This document shows positions 37,768 through 47,515 of a DNA stretch of 64,000 nt, piece after piece. The position numbers and the translations under genes were made by a program. The first letter of the stretch is position 1. Every line of letters begins with the position of its first letter. This stretch comes from an uncultured virus (IMG/VR IMGVR_UViG_3300021373_000885) (taxonomy: Duplodnaviria > Heunggongvirae > Uroviricota > Caudoviricetes), in IMG/VR virus record IMGVR_UViG_3300021373_000885; one strand, 5' to 3'. Under the pieces are notes generated by a model, which was given only the letters and a program-made list of their open reading frames with translations, was not told the DNA's origin and ran no database searches.

Positions 37768-40142
37768 TAGTTTTTGCCTCTTCTACCATCAGGGCGCATG
37801 TTTAATCTAGGAGTACCTAACTTCCATTTTGTTCCGGGACTACTGCAAGATAATTTAAGTGCCAACTGCCTGCCTCGTATACGTACATATAACAGGGGGG
37901 TGTGTTCATCAAGGTCGTATGTTTGATCTACCTCCCCAGCATTAGTACCCCCTTCAGATAGTGGGTTGTTATTGTCCAATCCGGGTTCGCTAGATGGTAG
38001 TAAGCTCATAGTAACCGTGCCTCGAGTGGTTGACCCTATAAAGGACAAATCAGGAATTATTTTGTCTATAAACGTAAAACTATCACCAGATTCTATGCCA
38101 AACTGCCCAGAGGTTATATAAGAGTTTATTGGCCTAACAGAGGCGTAGTTTTGCCCATCATTGTTACCATTTTCGTGTTCGACCAATGTGTATTGACTAG
38201 TGGCCGCAAGAGGATAATCATTTATGGGGGAGTCGAACCAAGCACTACGATCCAACTCTCCGAAATACCAAACTCCATCTAAATAGTTATATACCACATA
38301 CTTGTCAGGCGCTATTTTAGTTGTGTTGTTTGTTGACACATAAAACCACCATATTTCGTGGAACTCTTCTAGGGAGCCTGCAAACACCTGCTCATATTGC
38401 CCTATATCTAACTTACTAAACACATACTCTTGCACAGTACAATCTAAGGGCTGTACAACCCCATCATATTTATAGAACTTGCCTTTGCCCATCCAATAGG
38501 CGACTCCGTTGGCGTACGCAACGGCCTTCGATGACGCTACTGATAGATTCGACCCAACCAACTGAGAACCCCATACCACTGGTGCACCAACATATTGCAA
38601 CGAGTACAGCGCAGCATCGGTGAAAACCAATATTTCTTGTCGTGACTGTATGGCAGCTACTATTTCTGTACCTTGCGATAGTTGTAAATCTCCAGCTTGG
38701 TTAGTTGAGCGTGGGCGCCAATCATAAGCGTTTTCTTGATCCGACCAACGCAATAATAGTGGGTTTTGTACCTCTGTAGCATCTCCAAACGCGTTACACC
38801 CAAAAGCAAACACAAAACGGCTAGCATCCGATACTAATAGGTTATCTTGCACCACGGGCACCTCTGCGGATAGCTCATACTGTAAATTGACGCTATTTCC
38901 CCCACCAGTGGTTGTGCTAGTAGCTACAGTGCCTATAGATTCAGTAGTGAACGTGCCCGCTGCTTCGTCTACAGAAAATATCTTGTGTCTAGTATTTATA
39001 ATATCTGTGGTCAGGTTCCCTATGGCAGTAGCGCCAGAAATAGTTACGTGCTGTCCTGCTTTATAGACCCTACTTAAACTAGCATCTGTAACAACAAGGC
39101 TATTCGAGTCTTCAGTTACACTTATAGGGTCGGTGTTAAAGGACAACGTTTGGTTACTACCAATCCCAGTAGTCATTGCGCTTAGTCGGAACACCGTAGG
39201 GCTTTCTATCCCAGCAACAGTGGCTCCTGCCGGTATGTTAGCTCCCGATACAGTAGCGCCAACTACAATGTTAGCATTTTCTGGGTGAGTAACGCCCTTA
39301 GAGCCGCTTAAATAACCACACCCGGTCTGTTGAAAAGATGCGGGTATGGCTGCCCCATTAGTAACGTTCTTTAGTGGTGTAGCTCTTGTCCCTGTGCCTG
39401 CACTTGAATCCCAATAATATAGCTCTCCACCACGAGGGCCTATGATTAGGTCTTCACCATAATTAGCTTGGTTCCATATACGTATAGCTTCAGAACCATC
39501 ACTGTCCCCGTTATACACACCACCATTCCAAGGCAAAGAGTTCCACCCTCTAGTAGGTATTTGGAAGTCCGGCCCTACATTTATTTGGTACGCAGCAACT
39601 ACTGAACCTCCGCCCCCTGCAGGAACAGTGCTTGTAGCCGTAGTATCTACTACAACTGTGTATTTACTTGTACTAACTATTTCTGTTATGACATGCTCTT
39701 TGTTTATGTCTGTGTGTGGTATGCCACCTACATCACCATTGGGCACTCCAGATATAGTTACATAACTACCCAAAGTGGCTCCATGATTGGCATGTGTTAT
39801 TTCTATGGTAGTGGAATCGTCGGTAGTTTTTATTGGGTCGGTACCTAAAGTAGCAGTAGTACGTAAAGGCGTAATGTCATAGTAGTTAGTGCCTGTCTCT
39901 ACCATGAACTTAACATTTGTGCCTAACCCAGTGTATTTTACAAATCCAAGAGTAACCCACTGATGTAGCGATCTACAAACACCCGTAAAGGTATTTTTAC
40001 CTAGCGCTTGCCAGCCCCCTATCTGCTCAGGATAACCTTCACGAAACCGTATCCGGTTACAATCGTACCAACCCGCTTCATTAGTATATTTAGTTATTTC
40101 CCTATTAATACCCGGGTTAAACTGGACTTTATTAAATGGCAT
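37767..40142 (-). CDS. tail tubular/nozzle (DNA stabilization) protein
   Basis: PGINREIT...GWYDCNRIRFREGYPEQIGGW; LLRWSDQEN; AYWMG; EIWWFY; C-terminal RPDGRR. Confidence 0.75.
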   Translation of the reverse strand: MPFNKVQFNPGINREITKYTNEAGWYDCNRIRFREGYPEQIGGWQALGKNTFTGVCRSLHQWVTLGFVKYTGLGTNVKFMVETGTNYYDITPLRTTATLGTDPIKTTDDSTTIEITHANHGATLGSYVTISGVPNGDVGGIPHTDINKEHVITEIVSTSKYTVVVDTTATSTVPAGGGGSVVAAYQINVGPDFQIPTRGWNSLPWNGGVYNGDSDGSEAIRIWNQANYGEDLIIGPRGGELYYWDSSAGTGTRATPLKNVTNGAAIPASFQQTGCGYLSGSKGVTHPENANIVVGATVSGANIPAGATVAGIESPTVFRLSAMTTGIGSNQTLSFNTDPISVTEDSNSLVVTDASLSRVYKAGQHVTISGATAIGNLTTDIINTRHKIFSVDEAAGTFTTESIGTVATSTTTGGGNSVNLQYELSAEVPVVQDNLLVSDASRFVFAFGCNAFGDATEVQNPLLLRWSDQENAYDWRPRSTNQAGDLQLSQGTEIVAAIQSRQEILVFTDAALYSLQYVGAPVVWGSQLVGSNLSVASSKAVAYANGVAYWMGKGKFYKYDGVVQPLDCTVQEYVFSKLDIGQYEQVFAGSLEEFHEIWWFYVSTNNTTKIAPDKYVVYNYLDGVWYFGELDRSAWFDSPINDYPLAATSQYTLVEHENGNNDGQNYASVRPINSYITSGQFGIESGDSFTFIDKIIPDLSFIGSTTRGTVTMSLLPSSEPGLDNNNPLSEGGTNAGEVDQTYDLDEHTPLLYVRIRGRQLALKLSCSSPGTKWKLGTPRLNMRPDGRRGKN

Positions 40143-40143
40143 A

Positions 40144-40491
40144 TTAGTATTTCCAAGCTACTGGGGTAGTCTCCCGCGTGTCTACATGTACAAAGGTTTT
40201 AGCCACACCAATACCGTTGAACCCCATAATACAAGCATTACGTATAATAGCCATACGCTGCGCCCCACCAGTTACTTTGATGTCACAGGCGATACCCTGA
40301 CTGTGGGTGCCGGGTTTTTGCTTGCGTTTCTCTATGCTGTGATTAGGCGACCTGTACCCACTAGTTATAATAAACGGAAACCCACACACCTCACGAAGAG
40401 CATCAAGTTTCTGTAAGAAGTCAGGGCACATCTCATTCTCGCCAGTTTCCTGACAGTTAAAATCTTCTATCTTAAAATACTTTAAATTCAT
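40144..40491 (-). CDS. peptidase M15A family endolysin
   Basis: ITSGYRSPNH, HSQGIACDI and FVHVD zinc-ligand motifs. Confidence 0.9.
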   Translation of the reverse strand: MNLKYFKIEDFNCQETGENEMCPDFLQKLDALREVCGFPFIITSGYRSPNHSIEKRKQKPGTHSQGIACDIKVTGGAQRMAIIRNACIMGFNGIGVAKTFVHVDTRETTPVAWKY

Positions 40492-40859
40492 TTTCTTAGA
40501 CTCATTAGTTTGGAAACACCTTTAATACCAAAACTAGAACTTATCGCTATAAATAGCAAGTATTGGTACCACTCTGGTAAACCTGAAAGAGCATCAAAAC
40601 CTTCTTTAACTCTATCAATAACTGTAAGATCATCGACCACAATAGCATACCCCACCATAAACACGGGTATCGCTAACACAATAGTCCAAAATTCGTCTTT
40701 CCAGCTATGAGCAGAAGCATCAGCCATTTTAGCTTCCCAGTCACCATCGTTCTCAATGACCTTCATCTTGGCTTGATGTTTAGCTTGTTTCTCTTCCGCT
40801 TTATTTTTTAGGTAGCCCCCAGCTATATTAGCTATAGGGCCGATAAGATGTTGTAACAT
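40488..40859 (-). CDS. holin-like membrane protein
   Basis: WKDEFWTIVLAIPVFMVGY and LPEWYQYLLFIAISSSFG hydrophobic segments; adjacent to the endolysin. Confidence 0.7.
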   Translation of the reverse strand: MLQHLIGPIANIAGGYLKNKAEEKQAKHQAKMKVIENDGDWEAKMADASAHSWKDEFWTIVLAIPVFMVGYAIVVDDLTVIDRVKEGFDALSGLPEWYQYLLFIAISSSFGIKGVSKLMSLRK

Positions 40860-40868
40860 ATATATACC

Positions 40869-41345
40869 TCACTTTAGAGGGTTAGATAAGTAGTCCATAC
40901 CGTCCCAGAGATCTTGAATCTCTTTCTTAACTACCTTTACGTCATCCTCAAATTCTTTTATTTCTTCTGTAACTAACTCAGCTTTTTGTACTACAGTTTC
41001 CATTTGAGTTACTTTTTGTTTTAGTTCAGCTATTTCCTCTTTGAACTCTAACATCTTTGCGTAATTATCTTTGATGGTAACTAAGTTAGTACCTAATTCA
41101 GCTAGTTTACCTTGTAACTGAGATACATTGTTATCTTCTAACTGCGTCTCAATAAGAGATATTTTCTCTTCAATAGGCGCTACATCAGGTATTACTCTAG
41201 CTTCCACAGACTCTAGTCTAGAGTACAAACTACTTGCTGTCCATACACCACCACCAATAGTAGAACCAATAGCTAATACTACAGCAATCCACGCTCCTTT
41301 GAACGTCTGACCACCAATAGTTAGTTCACTATCTTCAATACCCAT
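40869..41345 (-). CDS. membrane-anchored coiled-coil protein (possibly i-spanin-like)
   Basis: N-terminal TM AWIAVVLAIGSTIGGGVW followed by a long heptad region. Confidence 0.65.
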   Translation of the reverse strand: MGIEDSELTIGGQTFKGAWIAVVLAIGSTIGGGVWTASSLYSRLESVEARVIPDVAPIEEKISLIETQLEDNNVSQLQGKLAELGTNLVTIKDNYAKMLEFKEEIAELKQKVTQMETVVQKAELVTEEIKEFEDDVKVVKKEIQDLWDGMDYLSNPLK

Positions 41346-42178
41346 TACTCACATTCTCCAGTCATAAAGCACTCATAACCTTGCGCTGTAGGGCCCGTTA
41401 GGTAGTATTCTGACTCTTGCCCAGCAACTAGTATGTCCGTACTAGTAACATATAAATCTAAACCAAAAGCATCAGTGCCGTCTAGCAATACTGCTGTACC
41501 ATTGTTTGTACCTGCCCACTGCATAGTTACCCATTTTTGGTTAGCATTGTAAGATAGGGTGGCTTGCTCAGCTGTAGTGTTGTTGTTCTCAGCACCTTGT
41601 TGTAAGAAATCTACCGCATCAGCGTTTTCGGCAACGGCAATAAAAGCACTAGCGTTGTTAGCGTGCGTCTCAATGTCATCTATAGACTGGTTATAAGTAT
41701 TAACTTCTTCTTGGGTAATAGTTAGTATTTCTTGGTTATCAGCCACAAAGTCTTGTACAGCCGCTTCTTCATCTGGAGTGGCCGCAGCTTCCGCTACCTC
41801 AGCTACTTGCACCACTTGTACCATCTCTACAACAGCTTCGGTAAACACATCCACTGCTTGATCCATAAGCTCAAGTTCAGTTTCAGCACGTTCGTTTAGG
41901 ACAGACTGGACATCACCATAAGGCATGTAACTAGCCATATTAAAAAGAGCATCATTGTATGCTTGAATCTGTTCGGTGGTGATATGCGCGGACTCTGAAA
42001 CACTGCCATCAGACATAGAAGTACCAAGATAAGAATACTCAGTGGCAGAACCAACATACGCAATTCCACTATCAATTTGATCTACAATCGCAGATGACGC
42101 ATTGATTAAATTATCCAACTCACTTGAGTGAGCTGCGGAACCTATCACTAATAGAGCTAATATCTTCTTCTTCATCAT
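41345..42178 (-). CDS. acidic exported protein with signal peptide
   Basis: MKKKILALLVIGSAAHS is Sec-type; acidic helical body. Confidence 0.7.
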   Translation of the reverse strand: MMKKKILALLVIGSAAHSSELDNLINASSAIVDQIDSGIAYVGSATEYSYLGTSMSDGSVSESAHITTEQIQAYNDALFNMASYMPYGDVQSVLNERAETELELMDQAVDVFTEAVVEMVQVVQVAEVAEAAATPDEEAAVQDFVADNQEILTITQEEVNTYNQSIDDIETHANNASAFIAVAENADAVDFLQQGAENNNTTAEQATLSYNANQKWVTMQWAGTNNGTAVLLDGTDAFGLDLYVTSTDILVAGQESEYYLTGPTAQGYECFMTGECE

Positions 42179-42749
42179 CGACGCTTTCTCCTATCTTTAG
42201 AATTGTATTGTACCACTCCTTTGTCTTTTTACCGTAGTCTGGTATGTAAGTTTCAGGATTCATTTTCATTATAAGGAAAGCTCTTTTACCTACAATCAGC
42301 TTACCATTTGACAATATAGGGCATGGCGTACCTGATATAAACATAGCTTTCCACACATCTACTGACTGACACATTCTAGCTACAGCAGCCACTTTCATGT
42401 TCAAATCAGATAATACTTTAGCGTCTCTACGTCTGTTACATTCAGGGTCAACATCATAACTACCACTACTGATTCCAACACCTACAGTCTGTAATGACCC
42501 TCCTGCACCTTTTAGACAAGTGTCCATGCCATTACTCATGTAACTAGGACTAATCGCACTTCCTACAGGCATTTCACTACTAGATCCTGCACCGTTATAT
42601 GTATTAGATACTGACTTGTCTTCCGTGTTGTTATTACTATTTACGCTACTACCATCACCATTATATGTATTTAGTGATCCATCTTGCTGGTTTGCTATAG
42701 CAACTGATGTAAATAATAGTAAACAAACTTTAAAGTAAATTCTGAGCAA
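42120..42749 (-). CDS. exported Cys-containing phage protein
   Basis: Signal-like CLLLFTSVAIA; Asn/Ser-rich N-terminus; VAAVARMCQ...AMFISGTPCP. Confidence 0.7.
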   Translation of the reverse strand: MLRIYFKVCLLLFTSVAIANQQDGSLNTYNGDGSSVNSNNNTEDKSVSNTYNGAGSSSEMPVGSAISPSYMSNGMDTCLKGAGGSLQTVGVGISSGSYDVDPECNRRRDAKVLSDLNMKVAAVARMCQSVDVWKAMFISGTPCPILSNGKLIVGKRAFLIMKMNPETYIPDYGKKTKEWYNTILKIGESVDDEEEDISSISDRFRSSLK

Positions 42750-42936
42750 TTGCGTCTGCCCCTAAAATTACTGGAAAAAGAAGCCACAACAAACGTTCAA
42801 TACTTCTAAACTTATGCATACCCTGATCTAAACGCTTGTCTACAGTATCTAGTTGATATTGTATGTTTTCCATCCTAGCCGCACACTCTCTTTCATGGGC
42901 TTCTAGTTTAAGTAGGGCTTCTTTATTCGTATCCAT
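42730..42936 (-). CDS. small coiled-coil protein with C-terminal TM (XhlA/holin-like)
   Basis: LEAHERECAARMENI...RLD...LLWLLFPVILG. Confidence 0.7.
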   Translation of the reverse strand: MDTNKEALLKLEAHERECAARMENIQYQLDTVDKRLDQGMHKFRSIERLLWLLFPVILGADAIAQNLL

Positions 42937-42938
42937 GA

Positions 42939-44300
42939 CTAGCCTCTCCTAATGTTTTTGGATGTACCAAACACTTTTCTTGCTCTGACCGTACCATTAG
43001 TTGCTTTTGCATATACTTCAAATTCCGTGGCTGCGGTATCGCTGTTTTTAACGATTGCAGTTGGGAAGTTAAACGCTTGTTCCGATGACTGTGGACTAAA
43101 AAATGAAGCGTCTGCGTCGGGATCGTAGGTAATTTGATACTCTCTTTGTATGAGAACTTCATCCCCCACCGTGTTCCAACCATCAGTAGCGTAGTACACA
43201 TTATCTCCAACACCCAAGCTAGTCAGCGTAGTATCTGGAGTAATTTGTCCAAACACTATGTCAGTGCGGTCATTTCCTGAGTCATAAGAAAAACTTTCTA
43301 TGCTTCTAGGAGTGGTAGAATTCGTGGGAGAGTTATTGCCCCATATTTTAATTGCGTGGCCCAACTTCTGACGTTGGTCTCCAGCAATAGAAAACTGATA
43401 GTAATAATTACCAGCCACACCGTTAACTTTTGCAGGAGCTACAGTTATAGCGCCCAAAACTGCGCCTGTGGCTACTTTTGACTTCTTAATTATTTTAAAG
43501 GTAATATTTGGGTTAGTAGTGGAGCTAGAGATCATTACAGTAAAAGCCACCCCCAAATCCAGAACATGAAAGTCTGTGTCACTGTTTCCCGGCACACTAA
43601 ACGAGGCTATTTTTGTGTAGCTAGAACCAGCCAATATGTAGGGGGTTTCAGTTGCTAGGCTAGCTTCGTTAACATTACTCCATTCAAGCGCCTCTATCGG
43701 GTAGAAAAATGAACCATTATTGTCTACGTATGCTTTGATTGACTGTTGTGAGGCTACTGACGTTGCAGAATTACCAGCCATGTCGTCTTGGTCAAGAAAC
43801 CCTGTTATCGCCTGACCACCTGCAGTTATCTTCAAGTTGTCTATAGTGGCAGTATGCATAAGCATTGCAGACGAAAAATTAGTCTGCTCATCAACATTAG
43901 TACCATTACAAACAACGTTATCTTGCACTGCTGTAGGTATTGTAACGCCTGTACCGCTAGCAGTTTTTACTGTTACGTCATGCCCTGTCTCGTTAATAAC
44001 ACAATACGTCTTACTGCTAGCAGGTACGATTACTATGCCCGTAGCATCCGTGGCTATCTGACTGCTAGTATCGGTTAACCTAAGTATAGCAGCTCGTGCT
44101 TCAGAAGTAGTGCCGTTTGCCTCTGTTAAAGTATGTGTGTTAGCTGCGTCACTGCCCTGACCCCAAGTGTTGATAGTAGCCATACCTGCAATGGCTTCTT
44201 CCACCATATCAGTAACTTCGTTGTTTACTGTATTACCCCAGCCAGTATCACCTGCGGCGGGCTTACCGAATTTAAGTGTGCCTGTGTATGATGTACTCAT
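42939..44300 (-). CDS. tail fibre / structural protein (453 aa)
   Basis: N-terminal PAAGDTGWGNTVN...EEAIAG anchor; LDQDDMAGNSATSVASQQSIKAYVD fibre motif. Confidence 0.75.
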   Translation of the reverse strand: MSTSYTGTLKFGKPAAGDTGWGNTVNNEVTDMVEEAIAGMATINTWGQGSDAANTHTLTEANGTTSEARAAILRLTDTSSQIATDATGIVIVPASSKTYCVINETGHDVTVKTASGTGVTIPTAVQDNVVCNGTNVDEQTNFSSAMLMHTATIDNLKITAGGQAITGFLDQDDMAGNSATSVASQQSIKAYVDNNGSFFYPIEALEWSNVNEASLATETPYILAGSSYTKIASFSVPGNSDTDFHVLDLGVAFTVMISSSTTNPNITFKIIKKSKVATGAVLGAITVAPAKVNGVAGNYYYQFSIAGDQRQKLGHAIKIWGNNSPTNSTTPRSIESFSYDSGNDRTDIVFGQITPDTTLTSLGVGDNVYYATDGWNTVGDEVLIQREYQITYDPDADASFFSPQSSEQAFNFPTAIVKNSDTAATEFEVYAKATNGTVRARKVFGTSKNIRRG

Positions 44301-44722
44301 TATGTAATCCTTATAAGTGCTGCAGTAGACGTATTAGCTGGCATACCAACTGTAAACGTACTGTTATTGCTTGTTTTATCGTCGCCAAAGTCTAATACCA
44401 TGACAGCTCTATTGTTATCGCCGGTAGTATTATATATTAATGCACCTCTAGCCGTAAAACTACTACTTGCCCAAGTAGCGTCCTCAAAACCGGTAAAACC
44501 TACACCATCACCGCTAGAAGGATTTATTCTTGTAAGCGCATACCCACCCGCAGTATACCCTGCGCCAGATACTTCATTATCTGTAGAATACACAGTAGTG
44601 TCCGCATTTAACGTAGCAGCGCTAGTATACAAGGCTATCTTAAAATTCTGAGAGCTAAAATCATGTGTGCCCTCTAGTAGCTCTTTCTTAAATGATGTAC
44701 ATAATACTTGTGTAATGGCCAT
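44300..44722 (-). CDS. virion structural protein (140 aa)
   Basis: CTSFKKELLEGTHDF...FKIALYTSAA...GYTAGG...TARGALIYN...VLDFG. Confidence 0.8.
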   Translation of the reverse strand: MAITQVLCTSFKKELLEGTHDFSSQNFKIALYTSAATLNADTTVYSTDNEVSGAGYTAGGYALTRINPSSGDGVGFTGFEDATWASSSFTARGALIYNTTGDNNRAVMVLDFGDDKTSNNSTFTVGMPANTSTAALIRIT

Positions 44723-44725
44723 TTA

Positions 44726-45460
44726 TTACCCCTCTCTCTGTGGTGGTTGTGCAGGAGCAGGTACAGTCAAAGGTTGTGCTGGAGCTGACCTCGGTCTAAA
44801 TGAATCTTGTTTTAATTTAACATTTACAGTATCAACTAATGGTTGCAGGGATACTACGAACTGTTGTTCATATAACTGAATGATGTCTGGCTCTGCTTTC
44901 ATAAACCGTGCAGCTTCCACTAAAGTAGCATTTAATAACGCTGAATCGTAGTTTACGCCTAACCAAGGTTGTTGCTGGCTTGTAGAAGGGTTAATGTCTA
45001 CTATAGAAAGTGGTTGGTATTGGTACTCGAATACAATAGTAATAGTAGCATTAAACCTAGGGGCAGTCTCTAGTTCTAAACGCGCTCCAGCTTCGTTGTT
45101 ACTGAAACTATTGGTGAGAGCGTAGTATTTTAACTTGTTGTCCGTAAGCGTGCTCTCTGGGCTTTCAGGATACGCTTCACGCATAAACTGCACCGATTTT
45201 GGGATTAATGGTACTCTAGTGCCAGAAGCAAGCTGTTGATATACAACGTGCACATACAAGCAGTCAGCCGGTAAAGTATAACTTACAGTGCCGTTATAGC
45301 TTACGGGGTTCGTCGCTTTTTTTAGTAGGGGTAAATCTTTGATAAACCCATAAATCTTTTGCTCAGCTTGTTTCGTAAACATAGATAGCTGCGCAGGAGA
45401 AAAAGTCATCTCAGTGATGTCTTGTACGTTTTCTTTTAATTCGTCGTATGTCATAGCCAT
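44726..45460 (-). CDS. head-tail adaptor / tail tubular protein A-like
   Basis: MTYDELKENVQD...QAEQKIY...WLGVNYDSALLNATLVEA; position after the head genes. Confidence 0.65.
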   Translation of the reverse strand: MAMTYDELKENVQDITEMTFSPAQLSMFTKQAEQKIYGFIKDLPLLKKATNPVSYNGTVSYTLPADCLYVHVVYQQLASGTRVPLIPKSVQFMREAYPESPESTLTDNKLKYYALTNSFSNNEAGARLELETAPRFNATITIVFEYQYQPLSIVDINPSTSQQQPWLGVNYDSALLNATLVEAARFMKAEPDIIQLYEQQFVVSLQPLVDTVNVKLKQDSFRPRSAPAQPLTVPAPAQPPQREG

Positions 45461-45461
45461 A

Positions 45462-45803
45462 TTATTCTACCGTCACCGTAACTGTACCTGTTTTAACTTC
45501 CATAGCCATATTAGGCCCTGTACCTACTGGGTTCCAACCCCAATCTACTGCTCGGGCACTGGTATCAGCTGAGTCTGCACTTAAACTTTGATCTGGGCGT
45601 GGGTTACGTAACGCCTCTGGATCATTGACTGGATACTCACCCTGAAAGTTTTGTGGGTGATCTTTATCCCAACACGAACTACAAGCCAGTAAACCTGTGC
45701 CCTGACGCTTAACTACAACTTCCTTCAAGTCTCGTAACTTTTCACGAAACCCGCATATATCACAGAAGCCAAACGCTTTTTTGCCAGTAGCAAACTTTCT
45801 CAT
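45462..45803 (-). CDS. CxxC-CxxC phage protein (113 aa)
   Basis: CDICGFR...CSSCWDKDHPQ...DPEALRNPRPD. Confidence 0.8.
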   Translation of the reverse strand: MRKFATGKKAFGFCDICGFREKLRDLKEVVVKRQGTGLLACSSCWDKDHPQNFQGEYPVNDPEALRNPRPDQSLSADSADTSARAVDWGWNPVGTGPNMAMEVKTGTVTVTVE

Positions 45804-46492
45804 TATGGGTACCCAATACGTGGTACAAATCTAGCCGCAGTCTTTTCTCTGTCTTCACCAGCAGCTAACTGGAACTGCTCATCATAAATCTGTTTTAACA
45901 TTACTACCCTGTCAGACAATTCGGGCGTCTTCATAGCAATGTAATACGCTAACCCAGCCACTAGACAAGGTAAGAATCTAAATGGCATGTCCGGGGTATA
46001 GCCACCTTCACCCGCGTCTTCTATCCGTCTTAGGTAAAAGTAATGTATTTTGTAGGTAGAGTCCTTATCTGGTACCGGCCATACGTGTGCAATAGGGCCA
46101 CCTAGCTGTCGATCAATCCAAACCTGTGTAGGTCTACCTTGTGTTAACTTGTTAGGAATACCTGCGTAAACACTCGCACTGGTACGTGTTAAGGGGAGAT
46201 CTCTTTGTTTGGCTTGCACCCCATCATCTGTACGCAAGTTTATTTCTAAAACGTCTATAGCAGTGCTATTTAGAGAGTAGTCTAAGTCCCCTTTTGCTAG
46301 GGTAGTTGTGTCTTCCGCTATAGTCCACAGATTAATACCACGGTTCGCCCACTCAATGGTAAGCAAGTTCATAGATCTTCTAGCTGTTCTTAGGTCATAC
46401 CCAGAACGCATCTCACGTCCGGCACGTTCCCACGCTTCCTCAGCAATCTCTGGGAAGTCCATGTAAAATGTTGAAGTACCTGATGTAGCCAT
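45803..46492 (-). CDS. head completion/connector protein
   Basis: EEAWERAG...GYDLRTARRSMNLLTIEWANRGINLW...PFRFLPCLVAGLAYY. Confidence 0.7.
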   Translation of the reverse strand: MATSGTSTFYMDFPEIAEEAWERAGREMRSGYDLRTARRSMNLLTIEWANRGINLWTIAEDTTTLAKGDLDYSLNSTAIDVLEINLRTDDGVQAKQRDLPLTRTSASVYAGIPNKLTQGRPTQVWIDRQLGGPIAHVWPVPDKDSTYKIHYFYLRRIEDAGEGGYTPDMPFRFLPCLVAGLAYYIAMKTPELSDRVVMLKQIYDEQFQLAAGEDREKTAARFVPRIGYP

Positions 46493-46794
46493 TACTTACC
46501 TCTACGTTTTAGTGACTTGACTCTGCGTGGAGCACCTGCAGGTTGTCCTAAATTTTTCTTTTCTCTTACCTTCTTAGCCTTCTCTGCACTAGACATTTCG
46601 CCTGATGTTTTAGGAGTCTTAGAAGATATCCGTTTGCTAGGACGACAGTATGGTGTACCGCGTCCATCGCCTTTCTTTCTACCACAAGGTTTGCCTGTAC
46701 TAACGTCTTTCCAGTCTTCCTTGAACCAACGTTTTAAGGCAGCGCCCTTCTTAGTTTTACGAACGCCACCTCCAGACTTGTAGTACCTACGCAT
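46492..46794 (-). CDS. basic protein, DUF5872-like
   Basis: LKRWFKEDWKDV..GKPCGR...YCRPSKRISSKTPKT; TAATG coupling. Confidence 0.75.
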   Translation of the reverse strand: MRRYYKSGGGVRKTKKGAALKRWFKEDWKDVSTGKPCGRKKGDGRGTPYCRPSKRISSKTPKTSGEMSSAEKAKKVREKKNLGQPAGAPRRVKSLKRRGK

Positions 46795-46934
46795 TACTTT
46801 TTACCCGCTTTCTTCTTACGGCATTTAGCAATAGCGCCGGACGCATACGCAGAAGGAAAGACCTTATATTGAGACTTAACCTTATGGTAGCATGCGTCCT
46901 TTACGGAACCACCTTTCTTATAGTATCTGCGCAT
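46794..46934 (-). CDS. small basic protein (46 aa), absent from the ORF track
   Basis: MRRYYKKGGSVKDACYHKVKSQYKVFPSAYASGAIAKCRKKKAGKK; TAATG-coupled at both ends. Confidence 0.85.
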   Translation of the reverse strand: MRRYYKKGGSVKDACYHKVKSQYKVFPSAYASGAIAKCRKKKAGKK

Positions 46935-47512
46935 TATCGCATCTTACACTTACGTACGCCTTTTTTAGCAATGCCCGCACCGCGAACCTTACCACCAGAC
47001 TTAGCCTTCTTAACCTTACCGCCTTTCTTCATCATAGGCATAGGTGGCTTCTTAGGGGGCATACCCATACCACCTGCAGCAGCGCCCGGACTAGGCATAG
47101 GAGTAGCTGCCTGTGCAGGAGTTGGTGGCTTAGGAGCACTAGTGTTGTTCATAGCGGCTTCAGGGCCTTTGCTCTTAAATCTTGACCCACCATCTGGACG
47201 AGTTTTACCTGCGGCTCGCTCTTGTGCTAGTTGGCGAGGCACAGTTCTATTGAACTTCAGTTCATCTGACGCAAACTTATCGCCTTTAGCTTCACGCTTC
47301 TTCTTGTTGGCCATGCGTTTATTCAAGTCCATTTTAACTTGTTTTTTGTTTGACGCATCAGCGGGATTAGCTATTTTATCCTTACTAGTTACTCGCTTTT
47401 TCTTCTTTTTGACATCGCCACCTTTTTTGTAGCCCATCTTATCTTTCGCTTCTTCAGCGTCTTTCATACCTTGTTTGGTATAAGGGAATTTCTTTCCGCC
47501 TACATTTGGCAT
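46934..47512 (-). CDS. Lys-rich low-complexity protein (192 aa)
   Basis: SD GGAGG; K/M/P/G-rich; ends VRGAGIAKKGVRKCKMR. Confidence 0.8.
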   Translation of the reverse strand: MPNVGGKKFPYTKQGMKDAEEAKDKMGYKKGGDVKKKKKRVTSKDKIANPADASNKKQVKMDLNKRMANKKKREAKGDKFASDELKFNRTVPRQLAQERAAGKTRPDGGSRFKSKGPEAAMNNTSAPKPPTPAQAATPMPSPGAAAGGMGMPPKKPPMPMMKKGGKVKKAKSGGKVRGAGIAKKGVRKCKMR

Positions 47513-47515
47513 TTT

